Under the pieces are notes generated by a model. That model searched no databases. It was not told the origin of the DNA and worked only from the letters and a program-made list of their open reading frames with translations. A stretch of 63,989 nucleotides of DNA, the filler included, from Porpidia crustulata (taxonomy: Eukaryota): assembly GCA_964255105.1 (NCBI GenBank). It is 3 parts of 3 records of this genome, joined end to end, with 100 filler letters (N's around TTAATTAATTAA, not from the genome) between each part and the next. Parts side by side here need not be neighbours in the genome. Positions count along the whole stretch, not along the records: positions 22,777 to 45,444 come from CAXUWE010000084.1; positions 45,545 to 63,989 come from CAXUWE010000180.1; 1 more part is not named here. One strand, given 5' to 3'. How positions within the stretch are numbered: the stretch's first letter is position 1; every line of letters begins with the position of its first letter. Positions 37,673 to 49,975 of this stretch are shown piece after piece. Both the position numbers and the translations under genes were made by a program.

Positions 37673-40600
37673 ATGTACGTGCACTGTTCCTTTGAGCTTT
37701 TATAAGAAGCAGCCCATTATTGCACCTTTCAGCTGAGAAACGTAGCTGATATAACCTACATGCAGGAAATTTGGAAAACATCTTCAGAAACGGCAATTGG
37801 ACATCCCAGAGTATGCGGCAAGCTTTGTTAATTACAAGGCTCTGAAGAAGGTATTGCATTGGGTCAGAGAGAGTTTAGAATTAATTACTGACGTTGGGAC
37901 AGCTCATCAAACAACTGAGCGCGACCCCTACCCTCCTCGCCCAGAATGCCCCAAATCCACCGGTCGAGATTCTGGATCCCCAAGCCTCTCTTCAGGCGAA
38001 CAAAGCAACCTTCTTCTTTAGACTAGTAAGATGGTTACCAAGTTCAGTGCCTACGCGCCACACTCATAACCTTGGCCCAGGAACGAGAGCTCGAAAGGGT
38101 CAACGCATTTTACCTTCAGAAGGAAGCTGAGGTCAGTATATTCTCCCCGCCTAAGGCCGTGCTCAATCCGCCTGCTGTAGCTCAAACTTCGTCTCAAGAC
38201 TCTTCTCGACAAGAAAAGGGTGATGCAATCAAGAAGCGCAACGGCATCGAAGATCTCGGCAAGCTTCATAACTCTTGAAGAAGGCTTTCAGCAATTCAAC
38301 AATGATCTCAACAAACTCCAAGTAAGACGAAGCGAAGAAGACTTCATGGCTCAGAGCTGACACACTTCCAGCAATTTGTCGAGATTAACGCGACTGCCTT
38401 TTCGAAAATCCTGAAGAAAGTGGGTTCAATGCATTCACAGTCTAAGGCAACCTTTTCTGACAACCAAGCAGTGGGACAAAACTTCCAAGGTCCGATATTT
38501 CAGCTTTGTATCGCTCAGCTTCGGCTGACTCCATTAACAGTCCCGGACCAAGGAACTATACCTATCGCGTGCCGTTGAAGTCCAACCATGTTTCAACCGT
38601 GAAATTATTAGTGATCTCTCAGATCGGGCAACAACCGGCCGACTTGAGCTGGAAGCCTGGGCTGAAGGCGAGAATATCCAGTATGATACCAGCAGGCCAG
38701 CAGAACATACTGTTAGCGGTCAATCCATAGGCACAGACGAGAATGATGCGGACTCTCAGATCTTGCAAGCCACCAATTCTGGGAACTCGATACTCTTAGG
38801 GGAGTGGATCTCACGATTAAGAGACTCACCTGATGCTACGGAACGATTTACTCGGATCTTCTTGGCTGCCATCAATGACGCTTCAGAGGACGCACTAAAC
38901 GTCCTGCTTAGTAGCGGGTTAGTGGATGTACATGCTGAAGACGAGATCAATGAGCGAAATTGCCTTCACGAAGCCGCAATCTCGGGTAGAGAGTTCATCC
39001 TAGATCTCACGCTCAAGCGAGAAGTCGATGTATCTCAAGTCGATGTGTATGGAAGAATGCCACTGCACTATGCTTGCATGCATGGTCACGTCCAAATGCT
39101 AGGGAAATTGCTTCAGGAGAGTCCGCATAGTGTGAACGAAATGGATCATAATAACTTTACTCCTCTGATACACGGCATTATTCATCATCAGTTGGCATGT
39201 GTGAAAGAGCTTTTGGCTCACGGTGCTCGCATCGATCCCGGTAGTGATTCAGACCATGTTCCTCTGAATCTGGCCTGCCAGCATGGCTCAGTGGCCATAA
39301 CTCAATTGTTATTGGAGGAAAGAGCAAGTATAATACCGGATGCAGAAGGATTATTCCCTCAACATCTTGTAGCGAGGTCAGGTCGAAGTCCAGATATGCT
39401 TCTGATGTTGAAGAGATACGGTGCAAACCTGGATCAGCGGGATAACCTATATCAGTGGACGCCACTCTTCCATGCCGCCGCCGAGGGCCGCGTAGACTGT
39501 GTGCAGACACTGCTTAGCAGAGGTGTAGATATGGAAATCCTAGATGAAAAGGGCTTATCTGCCATGCATTACGCAACATGGGAAGGGCATCTGGAGTGCA
39601 TGAAGCTCCTAAGCTCGACAACAGCTCGCCAGCCGTCTATGCCACAATTGATTACGGCACAAGCTACGAACGCTTCTTCATTGGAAGTTTCGCAAAACAG
39701 TGAAATGCACGTCGATGTCGATGGTATACCAGACCTATCCCTTCCCCCTCCGATTATCCCGCTTCGAAGATATGGGCATAATTTTCTCGACACGAAGACA
39801 TTCATACAACTTAGCTTTGAAGAAGCCGGCTCAGACGCCATACTCTTCTATCACGACAGTAAGTATCCTGCCGCTCGGCTTACCATATCATCCAAACTCT
39901 CCGACGTCATCCCTCGAAATATCATGCTCCCCATTCAGGAAGACTTTAAAATCATTTCTTTCCAAATCGATAGTCTCGATTCCTTTGCTGTTGATTTCGA
40001 CATATACCCCACCTTCGGCTCCAAGATCATTGCGAAAAGTGTCGCTCTGTCCAGCATCTTCAGCGCCATCTCGAGTAGCTCTGGGCATTGCTGTCTCCCT
40101 CTATTCGACCCTCGACTTCGTGCAATAGGTCAGATCAGCTTCAACTTTCAAGTGATCAAGCCATTTCATGGGGTACCCCTTGAAATCACCCATTTTGCTA
40201 CTTACTGGAAGGCCACAAGTCAGCTAGACTCACATCCGAACGCATTTATCACTGGTTCGAGTTTGTCAGGGGACTATGTGCAGATCTTTTTACAACTCAC
40301 GAGCGATGGAGTACCGGTGTTGTATCCGAGGTGGACAATCAACCATTATGGGCTTGACATTCCCATCGCAAGAATGACCCACGAAGAATTCCGTCAAATT
40401 GGAGTAGTGCAGGGCCATGGACCTGGGCAATTAATTCAGCTTCCAGACAAATCTGTCGATGATATATCGGGGACACACGAAATACTCGCCAATTCTTTCG
40501 CCACTTTCCGCGATGTCCTCAATCACCTACCACTTGATATGCACGTCGCCGTTCAAGTGCTTTACCCTACAATCAGCCAGGAAAGAGCTCTCGGCTTAAG

Positions 40601-41249
40601 TCCGAGTCTCAATATCAACAACTTTGCCGACGCGATCCTTAACGATGTATTCGAGCATGCAAGGATTACAAGGGAGCAAAACCCTGATTTAATGAGATCG
40701 ATCGTGTTTACTTCTTATAATGCGGATATCTGTACGGCTCTGAATTGGAAACAGCCCAACTGTAAGCCTTAGCCTATCTCCGAAACTGTGATCGCATGTT
40801 CATCTGTCAGATGTACTGACATGCACCCAGACCCTGTCCTCCTCTGCAATGACTTAGGAACCAAACGTGACCTCTGCACCCCGAGCACCGCCATCTCGAG
40901 TAGCGGACACTCTTCCATGTCCGTCAAAGAAGCCGTTCGTATCGCCCAAAGTAACAACTTCATGGGCCTCGTGTGTAGCTCTCGCCTGCTGGTAAGCTCC
41001 AACCCCGCTCAAAAGCGTTCACGGCAGAACAAAACCACCTCAAAATACTGACGCTTCTTTTGTTCGGTTCAGAAAACGGTCCCCTCCCTTGTCGAATCCA
41101 TCAAAGTCGCCGGCCTCGTCCTCGTCACTGACACCGCCGAGGACAGCCATGCAGCAGCAGCGCAGCGCGCGTATCGCATGCCGGATGGGGTGGACGGAAT
41201 ACTACGAGGGAACGGGGTGTTGAGGTTCAACGAGATGATTGACATGTAG
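37673..41249 (+). CDS. PHO81: Phosphate-system CDK inhibitor Nuc-2/Pho81 (SPX + ankyrin repeats + GDPD-like)
   Basis: Spliced MKFGKHLQKRQLDIPEYAASFVNYKALKK (SPX), ERELERVNAFYLQKE, ankyrin repeats (YGRMPLHYAC, WTPLFHAA), PPPIIPLRRYGHNFLD, LNWKQPN. Confidence 0.95.
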
Positions 41250-43647
41250 ATGGGATGGAGGCTTCCAGCGAGTTTTCGTAAGCACAATGCAGCGCTTTGC
41301 GGCGGGCGGTATCTTGAACGGATAATTGGCGCAACGGCGTTGGCTACGGGCCAGGAAAGAGAGAGAGGAAGTAATTGACAAGATTTTGATTGATTTATAA
41401 GAAGGAAACGGGGTATTTGATAGATGAAGGTGGTAGATGGCTGGGGTAGATAGATGAAATGAGAATGGGATTGAACGTGAAAGATGAAAATGGCCGAAGA
41501 GAGCCTCTCTTCACCGAATTGTAACAATAGAGATTTTCGTTCCGAAGACCATCACACTCGTCGACTACCGAGGCTGACAACTTCCATGCGATTCACTCCT
41601 TTGCAGGGCGCAGCTTTCCGAGCGAGGGACATTCACCGTTTCGGCGAGAGCGCACACGTTGTCGCGACCGACCGGCCATGTAGCTGTTCGCAGCAAGATC
41701 ATGGCCGAGCCCTGGGCTCGCGTGCTTACGCTGAATCAATTTCTTAAGTAGTATGTGCCGCGGCGCTGGAAGCATCATGACGACTGCGTGCTGAGATGCT
41801 TCTAGCGTGCTCTTCAGATATGGGCCGTCCGTGGATGTTTGGGTGTGCAGGCGCGTTGTTATCACGTTCACATTCACGAGAAAACAAGAATCGTCATCGT
41901 CGAGTGCCGGGGTCAGACTGGATTGCTTGAGCTGAACATGCTATGATACACTAAATCGAGGTGGAGTGTGTGTGGATGGTCAAGAGGAAGAATGCCCCGA
42001 CGCTTTAGCCCCCGTTTATCTGAGATCCGATGAAAAGGGAATCTGGACAGGTGGGAAGGAAGTTGAGACGAACGGAGGTAGCCCCCAAAATAGGCGACTG
42101 GGAAATGCTCATTGGCGGCGTCGATAACTCCCCATTTTGCTTCCCTCGGCGCCACCCCCAACTTTGATTTAACCTCATTCTACTTCTGTCGTACCTGACT
42201 ATCTCCCCTTTGTCCGCTTTCCTGTTATCCAGGACAGGTACTGGTAGTGTGAAGCGTTCTTTGATACATGAATGTCATTGGACGAACACGCCTCTCCTTT
42301 AAACGCTGCGAGCACAACCTCGTCAAGATAGGAGGCTGAATGGTTGGCCCGGTACTAGCTAATAATGGCGCTGCAAGCAAGCGAGTTGGGGGGGTGCTTC
42401 GACTGACCTTACTCATTGAGTCAAGGCTGGATCGGACCTCCCGACTACTCTGATTGAAGAGACCATTGGTGAAGCGATCCTCGACTTCTGATTATCACCG
42501 TGGTAGTATCTATCACCAATGCCAAGGAGGTAGATTGCTCTCTGCAAACATGACATGTCGTAATTCAACTGCGACACCGAGACTTCTAAGCCATCATTTG
42601 TTTACGAAAATGGTTTCAGCGAATGTGTATCTGTTGTATGTATAGAGTATAAATAGGTATATCGCTGCTATCCCATTTCTATCAAATGAGAAGGGTTACG
42701 ATGCCCTATCAGAGTGGCGTGAGTGGATAGATAGGCTGATAGGTTACCCCTGAGAGGTCAGTGGCTTGACGGACCGCTTGCTGCCCCACATTCGTCCGTT
42801 TTGGTCATAGTCAAGTGTCAAGCCTCAATGACTTCGGCCCCCCCACCTCAAAGTAAGCAGGAGACCGACCTTATCAGCAGATCCCAGCATCTCTCCCCAT
42901 TCTCCCATTTCTCTCATTTCTATTCTCTGCACCCTCTTTCTCCACCCCAATGCAGCTCGACACACCTTGGACATCAAATAGCCAATGAGGGTGTGGAGTG
43001 ACCTTCTAGAATGAGAAGTCCAATAGCATCGCTGTACGAGAACAAACCAACACCGGGCCTGCGTCGACCACGGTAGGCATCATGCTAGTAACAGTCAGTA
43101 TGGTCGTTGACCAAGCGTGCGCGCTACAGTCGAGCTTCCCGACCAGGCAAGATGCCCCACAGTGTCTCTAGTATTGACAGCCAGCAGTCGACGTGCACAA
43201 TGACATGATTGGCGCCGCCCTCCCGAACATCACATGCACGGCACTGCAGGGCCACCATCAGATTGACCGTCTCAGCAGGCGAGGATCCGCCACGCTAAGA
43301 GAGCCAAGAGAGCAAGGAGATGATGTGCAGCGTTCATCCTCATTGTCAACAAACCAGTAATGCAGTAGAACATTGGGGGAAAAGAGCAATCCGGGTCCGG
43401 TCACTTGGGCGCTGCACCCTCGTTGGTCCACTGACGTGCTTCTTGTTACCTTCTCATTTAACGCAATCTCCGTGCTTTGTTCTCTCTCTATGCCTGTATC
43501 ACCGCCTGCTCGGTGCCTGGGGCCAGCTGCTGGACCACCTATAAAGATGGATCCGCTGCCTTTGTTTTCGAATCATCCCCCAAGCCAGTCAAGCATATTC
43601 TCTCGTTTGCATTTCCAAGTCGTTTGCTATCCGCCAACCTCATCATC

Positions 43648-44945
43648 ATGCGTTTCATCCAGGAACTCAGCGCGGCTGCGGCCTTTGGCACACTTGTTGC
43701 AGCAGTGCCGTACCCGATGGAGCCCAGACAGGCAAAGGCGGCTTTCACTATCCAGCAAACGGTGGCAAAGCCGTTCATCCTGTCTGGCCCAGCGCAAATG
43801 GCCAAGGTGTACGCCAAATTTGGAAAGCCTATCCCTGACATGATCAAGAAGGCCGCCGCGGGCAACGACGGCACCGTTGTCACCACCCCCACCCAATATG
43901 ACTCCGAATACTTGACTCCCGTGAGTATTGGTGGACAAACATTGGACTTGGACTTTGACACTGGTTCATCCGACCTGTAAGTATTACACCGCCGCGTACA
44001 ATATAGTATATGCTCCACAATATCTACAGTACTAATCCGATCAGGTGGGTCTTCTCCTCCGAGCAACCTGCCGCTCAAAGACAAGGCCATGTCATATACG
44101 ACCCTACCAAATCCAAGACCGCCAAGCCCTTAAATGGCGCCACATGGTCCATTACGTACGGTGACGGCTCCTCCTCGTCCGGTAACGTCTATACCGACGT
44201 TGTCAAGGTCGGCCAGACTACCGTCAGCGGCCAAGCCGTTGAGCTCGCCAAGACCGTATCTACGCAATTCCAGAACGACGTTGCCAACGACGGCCTTCTT
44301 GGCCTCGCCTTCGACAGCATCAACACCGTCAAGCCCACCGCGCAAAAGACCTTCTTCTCCAACGCCAAGGGCACTCTATCCTCTCCCCTCTTCACCGCCG
44401 ACTTGAAGAAGGGGGCCCCAGGAACCTACGGCTTCGGGAAGATCGACAGCACCAAGTACAACGGCAGCATCCACTACGTTCCCGTCAAGACCACCAACGG
44501 CTTCTGGGAATTCACCGGCAACGGCTACGCAGTCGGCACCTCCACCTTTGTGTCCACCAACATCGACGCCATCGCCGATACCGGCACCACCCTGCTCTAC
44601 CTACCCGACGCCGTCGTCAAAGCCTACTACGCTAAAGTCAAGGGTGCCACCCTCAACTCCGCGCAGGGCGGCTACACCTACGCTTGCAGCACCGTCCTGC
44701 CCAGCATCACCCTCGGCGCCGGCACCTACAAGGCCGTCGTCCCGGGCAACTACATCAACTACGCTCCCATCGACGCCACCGGCACCACCTGCTTCGGCGG
44801 CATCCAGTCCGACGCCGGCATCGGCTTCTCCATCTGGGGCGACATCTTCCTCAAGGCCCAGTTCGTCGTCTTTGACGGCGCCGCCAGCCCGAGGCTCGGG
44901 TTCGCGTCGAAGACGTTGACGACGGCGAAGAAGGTCAGTGCTTAG
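43648..44945 (+). CDS. Secreted pepsin-like aspartic endopeptidase (penicillopepsin/endothiapepsin type), one intron
   Basis: Signal peptide MRFIQELSAAAAFGTLVAAVP, propeptide, catalytic DFDTGSSDL and IADTGTTL, WSITYGDGS, IWGDIFLK. Confidence 0.95.
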
Positions 44946-45444
44946 AGTGGTGGTGACGGAGGTGTAGATGGAGGAGTGGCCAAGGGGGGTTTGTGCATAA
45001 TAAATTCTTTTCCCTACAAATCATGTCTAGGAGTTCCTGGTGATCTGACTCCCTCCCGAGCTTCTTCTGCATTTGCGCACGGCAGGAGCCGGGACGGTCT
45101 ATCTATCTAGAAGCGGGGGGACTGTATTTATCTACCTGCAAGACCTTTTGATATTAATAATTACAATGCACGATTTTTTCGACTTCTTGTTTAAACTGTC
45201 TTGGCTTTACGTATCTAATCCCATGTGATGAAAGTGAATTTCGCTGGATCTGGGTCAAGGTGCATATGTTGGTATGTGAGTCCTAAGGAGCTTCTATCAA
45301 GGATTGAGGGATTTTCGCAACATGTTTATCGGCTGGGTCGGATAAAATGCATGCTATAATAGTGTGTCCTGGGGTATATGATTTCTCCATCCCATTCCAT
45401 GCCATGCCATGCCATCCCATATCCCATCTTCACCACCCCTTCCC

Positions 45445-45544
45445 NNNNNNNNNNNNNNNNNNNNNNNNNNNNNNNNNNNNNNNNNNNNTTAATTAATTAA
45501 NNNNNNNNNNNNNNNNNNNNNNNNNNNNNNNNNNNNNNNNNNNN
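45445..45544. other. Artificial contig spacer (44N-TTAATTAATTAA-44N)
   Basis: Exactly 100 nt, identical to the first spacer. Confidence 0.95.
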
Positions 45545-46482
45545 ACCCAACCGTCAAGGGAACTTGTGGGAGATAAACCGTAATTATTGTGACAATCCCA
45601 ACAAGAACGGCCGCTACACCCCAAAAGAGATTCAAATTGGCCAGCATCTTTCGAAACCTGGGACTGGCTTCGTATCGCGCGTTCAGTGCCTCACGGTATG
45701 GCCTGCCACTTCCGGTATCGACGGCAATCACGTCTTCAATTATAGTATAGATAGTAGGCCGGATGGGTTCTCCGCAAGCGACAGAGGAGATGCGAAAAGG
45801 GGCCGTTGCCCCGCGGGCAGAAAAGTAGGATGTGAGGCAAAGGATGAAGCCGAAGTAGATGATGAAGGAAGGGCCAGGAAGGGCGCAGAGCCGGATTAAG
45901 GGTTCGTCTGACACGGTGCCGGCGATGAGCTGGACCTGTTTTCATGGGTGTCAGGATCTGAAAAGAGACTCGTAGGCGATGGGGTGTACTCACAATGCCA
46001 ATGCCATAGGCTATACTGTAAGCCCAATGGAAGAAGTCAAGCTATGGAGCGTGTCAGCAGGGCAGTCGCACGGCCTTTCAACTTTACAAGGATTGATGAT
46101 GGGATGTATTAATGCAAATGGTACTCACTTCTTTCCGTTTACCTCCCAGCGGTCGAACGTCCCCCACCTTCCATAGTCTCCATAACCTCATTACCCATTC
46201 AATACTTGCAAAGAGTCCAAATATGCAAGTGGTAATGGTCAGGATGTCGGTCGCACTCTCCGATGAGCCATACCACAGAGTGTAGAATAGCAAGAGCGGG
46301 AGAATGGCAGAGTCGAGGGCGAACAGTGTCCATATTATAATGATACTCTTGGAGTGATTGCGTATGGAATAAGATAGTTTAGGTAGATCAACTGATAGAA
46401 TAGAAGTTCCGGTGGAAGTCCGTTGAGTTGTTTCTTGATTTCTAGCTAGCTCTCTCGAGTTTGTTTCGACGATAATGGCCAT
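45545..46482 (-). CDS. Fungal multi-pass membrane protein of unknown function, 3' end cut by the gap
   Basis: Exons read IWTLFALDSAILPLLLFYTLWY, RPLGGKR-LDFFHWAY, APFRISSVACGEPIRPTIYTIIEDVIAVD...ARYEASPRFRKML. Confidence 0.7.
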
Positions 46483-47029
46483 GAAAAGCAGCGTTGACGA
46501 AGAGACGAGGAGGTGGGTTGCTGATATGTGTTGATCACAGGAAGTAAGCTAAAGGAAACAGAATCTGCCGGGCGATTGTCAGAGGGCCACTTCATGATTA
46601 TAGATTTCGTGTTGCGCAGAACAACTGTGTTGTGTATGGGAAGGTACGGAAAATGACGTGGATGTTGGATGTGAACTTAGTAGGATAGGGAAATTGTTTG
46701 CGAAAGACGATGGAAAGATGACAGGGGGCTTACCGCGCTAAACTGCACTGAGTTTTATCAGATTGATCTAATCAGCTTCTGCCGCGTCTCTCGCTCCGAC
46801 TTCCAACTTCGTCTATTGAAATAATAGTCTTAGAATTGCACAATGTTCACATTCTGGATGGTCTGTAGTTGATATGCTCTGTCTCTCACTGACATAGGTA
46901 TGTTTCGTCAGTATCACGGTCAACAGACCTCATGCTCGGGCTGGAAACTGGAGACGGATGACAGCGGCGCGTGCTGTCGGCATCACCATAATACTTCAAT
47001 TCCTCGTCCATCTCTCATCATCTTATCTG

Positions 47030-48130
47030 TTTATCTATTTATCTGTTTATCTGATCTTGTGCTTGGCGGCTCGGCCTCGGTGTAATAAATCTTAATTCAT
47101 CCTCGGATGTATCGGCATCTTTCTTGGCATCTTCCTTGGCGTGTCTCTTGGCCGCACGATGAGCACGGAAGTAACAACTCCGCTGATCGAATCATGCTTG
47201 CCAAGTCTTTGTAAATTGTGTCTTGTCATCATTGATTCGTGTTCCATCTCATGACGGAAGCTTGAAGATATCCGAATCTTCCGATGAGAGCGACAGCTTT
47301 TACTTGCCATCTTCAGCAAATTGTGCAAATGTAGAGCCCAAGGCAGACACTGACAGTCCATCGTCAGAGGAGCAACAGAAGTTCGAGTGTATGGTGGCAG
47401 AGCCGGAATCCTTCGAGATAATATATAAAGTGGATTTCATCAGCAGGTATCGAATTCTAGCGTCGTCAGATTCAGGAGTTACGAACAAGCTAAGAAGATG
47501 AGAGTAGCGGGAGGAGGTTCATTGAGAAATCTCTCTGTTGTTGATATCCTTCTAAAATCCAGATCGCGAGGTTTGAGCTCGAATTTCCTGGGGCCCAGCT
47601 ACAATAGCAATCGTAAGATTTGCGACAAAGACTTCTCGGTTAAAGAACTCCGAGAACGTTAGAACAGAAACCACTCGACCATTCCCCCAGCGCCTACAGA
47701 AATCGAACCTGGCTTTAAGCAGACACATGAGAAGCAGTACTGCTTTGTTCTTTGTATCTCTGATTGTTATTGTCCCTATCTTGTCATATTGCAGGTGGCT
47801 GCTCCGAGGATTCCTTTTCTATCGCAGGGCTAAAGCTTCGTTCTCCGCAAAAGTCCGTTCCTTTTCACTCTCCAGAACTTACATTTTACGCCTTTGAGGA
47901 TCATGAGACCAGGATATTTGCGCTCTTGTCTTGCTCCAATTGTACTGCCCGTACGGCGAAATATTGTCGACGCATCTCAGTAGACTTTGAATATTCTCAA
48001 ACAAAAAGCCCGCTTAAAGCAGCAGCTGCGGCGAGCTCTAATTTTGATAGCTCTAATCTTGATACAGTGTCATGGTTGCCTCTGGTAAGGATCAGGCTGC
48101 AGTGGAAGTTGCGTTGTGCCACCACCTTGT
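47030..48130 (-). pseudogene. Degraded gene relic, possibly with a BTB/POZ fragment
   Basis: Reading through stops gives ATIHSNFCCSS...SALGSTFAQFAEDGK*KLSLSSEDSDIFKL, resembling the fungal BTB pattern (xIHKxLLCxxS...ALxGxFxE...LxEDDxxxF); many in-frame stops. Confidence 0.35.
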
Positions 48131-48624
48131 AAAGTCAACGCTTTCTAATTTGCATGAATGGTCGGAAATGGAAGTATTCTGTGTAAAGTCCTGATATTCT
48201 TATTGTCTTTACTTGCTCATCAATAAAGACGAGGAGCCGTGAGACGCAAATTAAGTAGCAAATTTGGAAGGATTGATTCAAGATTTGAAGTAATTGAAGG
48301 CCGATGGGGGGAGTAAATAATGTTCTTTCATGTACTCGATGATTGCCAAGCCTATCGCTTGATTATATGAACAACGACCGAGGTACTCTGGTAGTACTGC
48401 AATTTTGATGTGGGTAAAATGATTACCCACAAATCTCAATGTGTTTCCTAACATTCTAGTTTTACAGCGTTGTGCGTTGCCTCAGGCTACTTACCCCAAT
48501 TTCGAGCCGGCACGGTGAATAAGATTCATTGTGTGTCTCATGAGGGCAATCTTCAATCGATCTACTAAGCAGTTCTTTGAGTATTCTATGCGATAGTGTA
48601 GGACCAAGCGAAAATGCAACCAAC

Positions 48625-49680
48625 TTATTCTCCAGATATCGCATCAAACGAGCGCTCAAGAGTCTCGCCGAGCATGATACCTGAACCGCCTCCCGGACCT
48701 TGTCGGCTTAAGAGCTTCTCCTTCATGGAAGTCTCACTCCCCAAATCGAGATCCGTCAACTCGTGCAGGCTGCCAACACTTCCCCGCACTGAAGACGATG
48801 CGCTCGAGTCTACTTGGATTGAATAGGACTGATCTCTCTGATCCTCTTTTGGTGGTTTCAAGGTAATCCGAGACCCTCGTTTGCCCTTTACAGGAATACC
48901 CCCATACGTCGTAGCCTTGATATTGACAGTCATGGCAAATGGACTCCCTGGTTCATGCCGCACGATGATTGCAAAAGTTGGCTGCTCGTAGATGCCTGAA
49001 CGGCTGACTTCATTTTCATTCATTACCCACTTGACGCTGGTCGGAGGGTCGCCCATTAGCCGACCATGGACGAGATGTAAGCCCTCCTTTGGCGAAGTGA
49101 CAGACCATCCGGCGGAAGCTGCGGCACCAGAAACAGGAGCCAGTGGGACTTGTAGCTGGATATTGTACGCCTCAGCTGCGGTCTGAATGTGTCCTCGGAT
49201 TAGTCCGGGGTCAAATTTGCATACAACAGGCCCATGGTAGTCTTCTTCTTCATCGCTGTCATTAGCTGTAGACACATCGACGCTTTGTTCGATATTTTCG
49301 AATTTAATCTCCACGGTCGCGTTGCGAAATCGAAACCATCCCCGATTTTTCTTTGGCACGAAATCGACCTGGACAACAAGTAGACAAGCTGGTCGTCCCT
49401 TAAACGTGCCAAAATTGACCTTTTGCAGGCGTGCAGAGAATTCCGAGTCACCAAGCTTGCCTTCTTGTAGGAGTTGCTGTTCTGTGGGTTTGTATGCCTT
49501 GGCTGTGACGATTGGCTTTTTCTCTTGCCGGAAGCTGAAGAGCTGATCCTTGCGATCGAGGTCTTCTTCTAATTGGAAGGAGAGGATCAGGCCTCCCTCT
49601 TTGTCATCATCCAACGGCTGTACTTCTATCGCTTTCCCGTCCGAACTTTCACATCTTTCATCTTCCTTGAGAGTCGACAT
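48625..49680 (-). CDS. Intronless 351-aa beta-strand-rich protein of unknown function, divergent partner of the CHAT protease
   Basis: Clean ATG-to-stop ORF; motifs PACLLVVQVDF, RFRNATVEIKF, VKWVMNENEVSRSGI, FAIIVRH; acidic N-terminus, no signal peptide or TM helix. Confidence 0.8.
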   Translation of the reverse strand: MSTLKEDERCESSDGKAIEVQPLDDDKEGGLILSFQLEEDLDRKDQLFSFRQEKKPIVTAKAYKPTEQQLLQEGKLGDSEFSARLQKVNFGTFKGRPACLLVVQVDFVPKKNRGWFRFRNATVEIKFENIEQSVDVSTANDSDEEEDYHGPVVCKFDPGLIRGHIQTAAEAYNIQLQVPLAPVSGAAASAGWSVTSPKEGLHLVHGRLMGDPPTSVKWVMNENEVSRSGIYEQPTFAIIVRHEPGSPFAMTVNIKATTYGGIPVKGKRGSRITLKPPKEDQRDQSYSIQVDSSASSSVRGSVGSLHELTDLDLGSETSMKEKLLSRQGPGGGSGIMLGETLERSFDAISGE

Positions 49681-49975
49681 GATGTGATCTTTCTGCCGAA
49701 ATCATGCTTTCGGGCTGAGTCTTGCCAAGTCTGAGACTGAATACGAAGGCGTTACTATAATAAGAGTGAGGGCGAAGAGTACCATCGTGCTGTTGGCTCG
49801 GTTGTGCTGGTGCCTTGGTATACACCCCACTAGAAGCGCCACGCTTTTCAACGAGCGTAGCGGAGAGCAATCGCGGTGATGGCGTACATTCATCTTCATG
49901 GTTCAACTTCTCTACTCAGATCTCGTAGTCGCTATTCTGAATCGCTAGACTCGAGTCTTAGAGGAGTCCTAGAAC

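Noticed and set aside
45391..45430. (CCATG/CCATC)n pentamer run
   Set aside because: Simple low-complexity microsatellite at a contig end; not a CRISPR-like or structured array.
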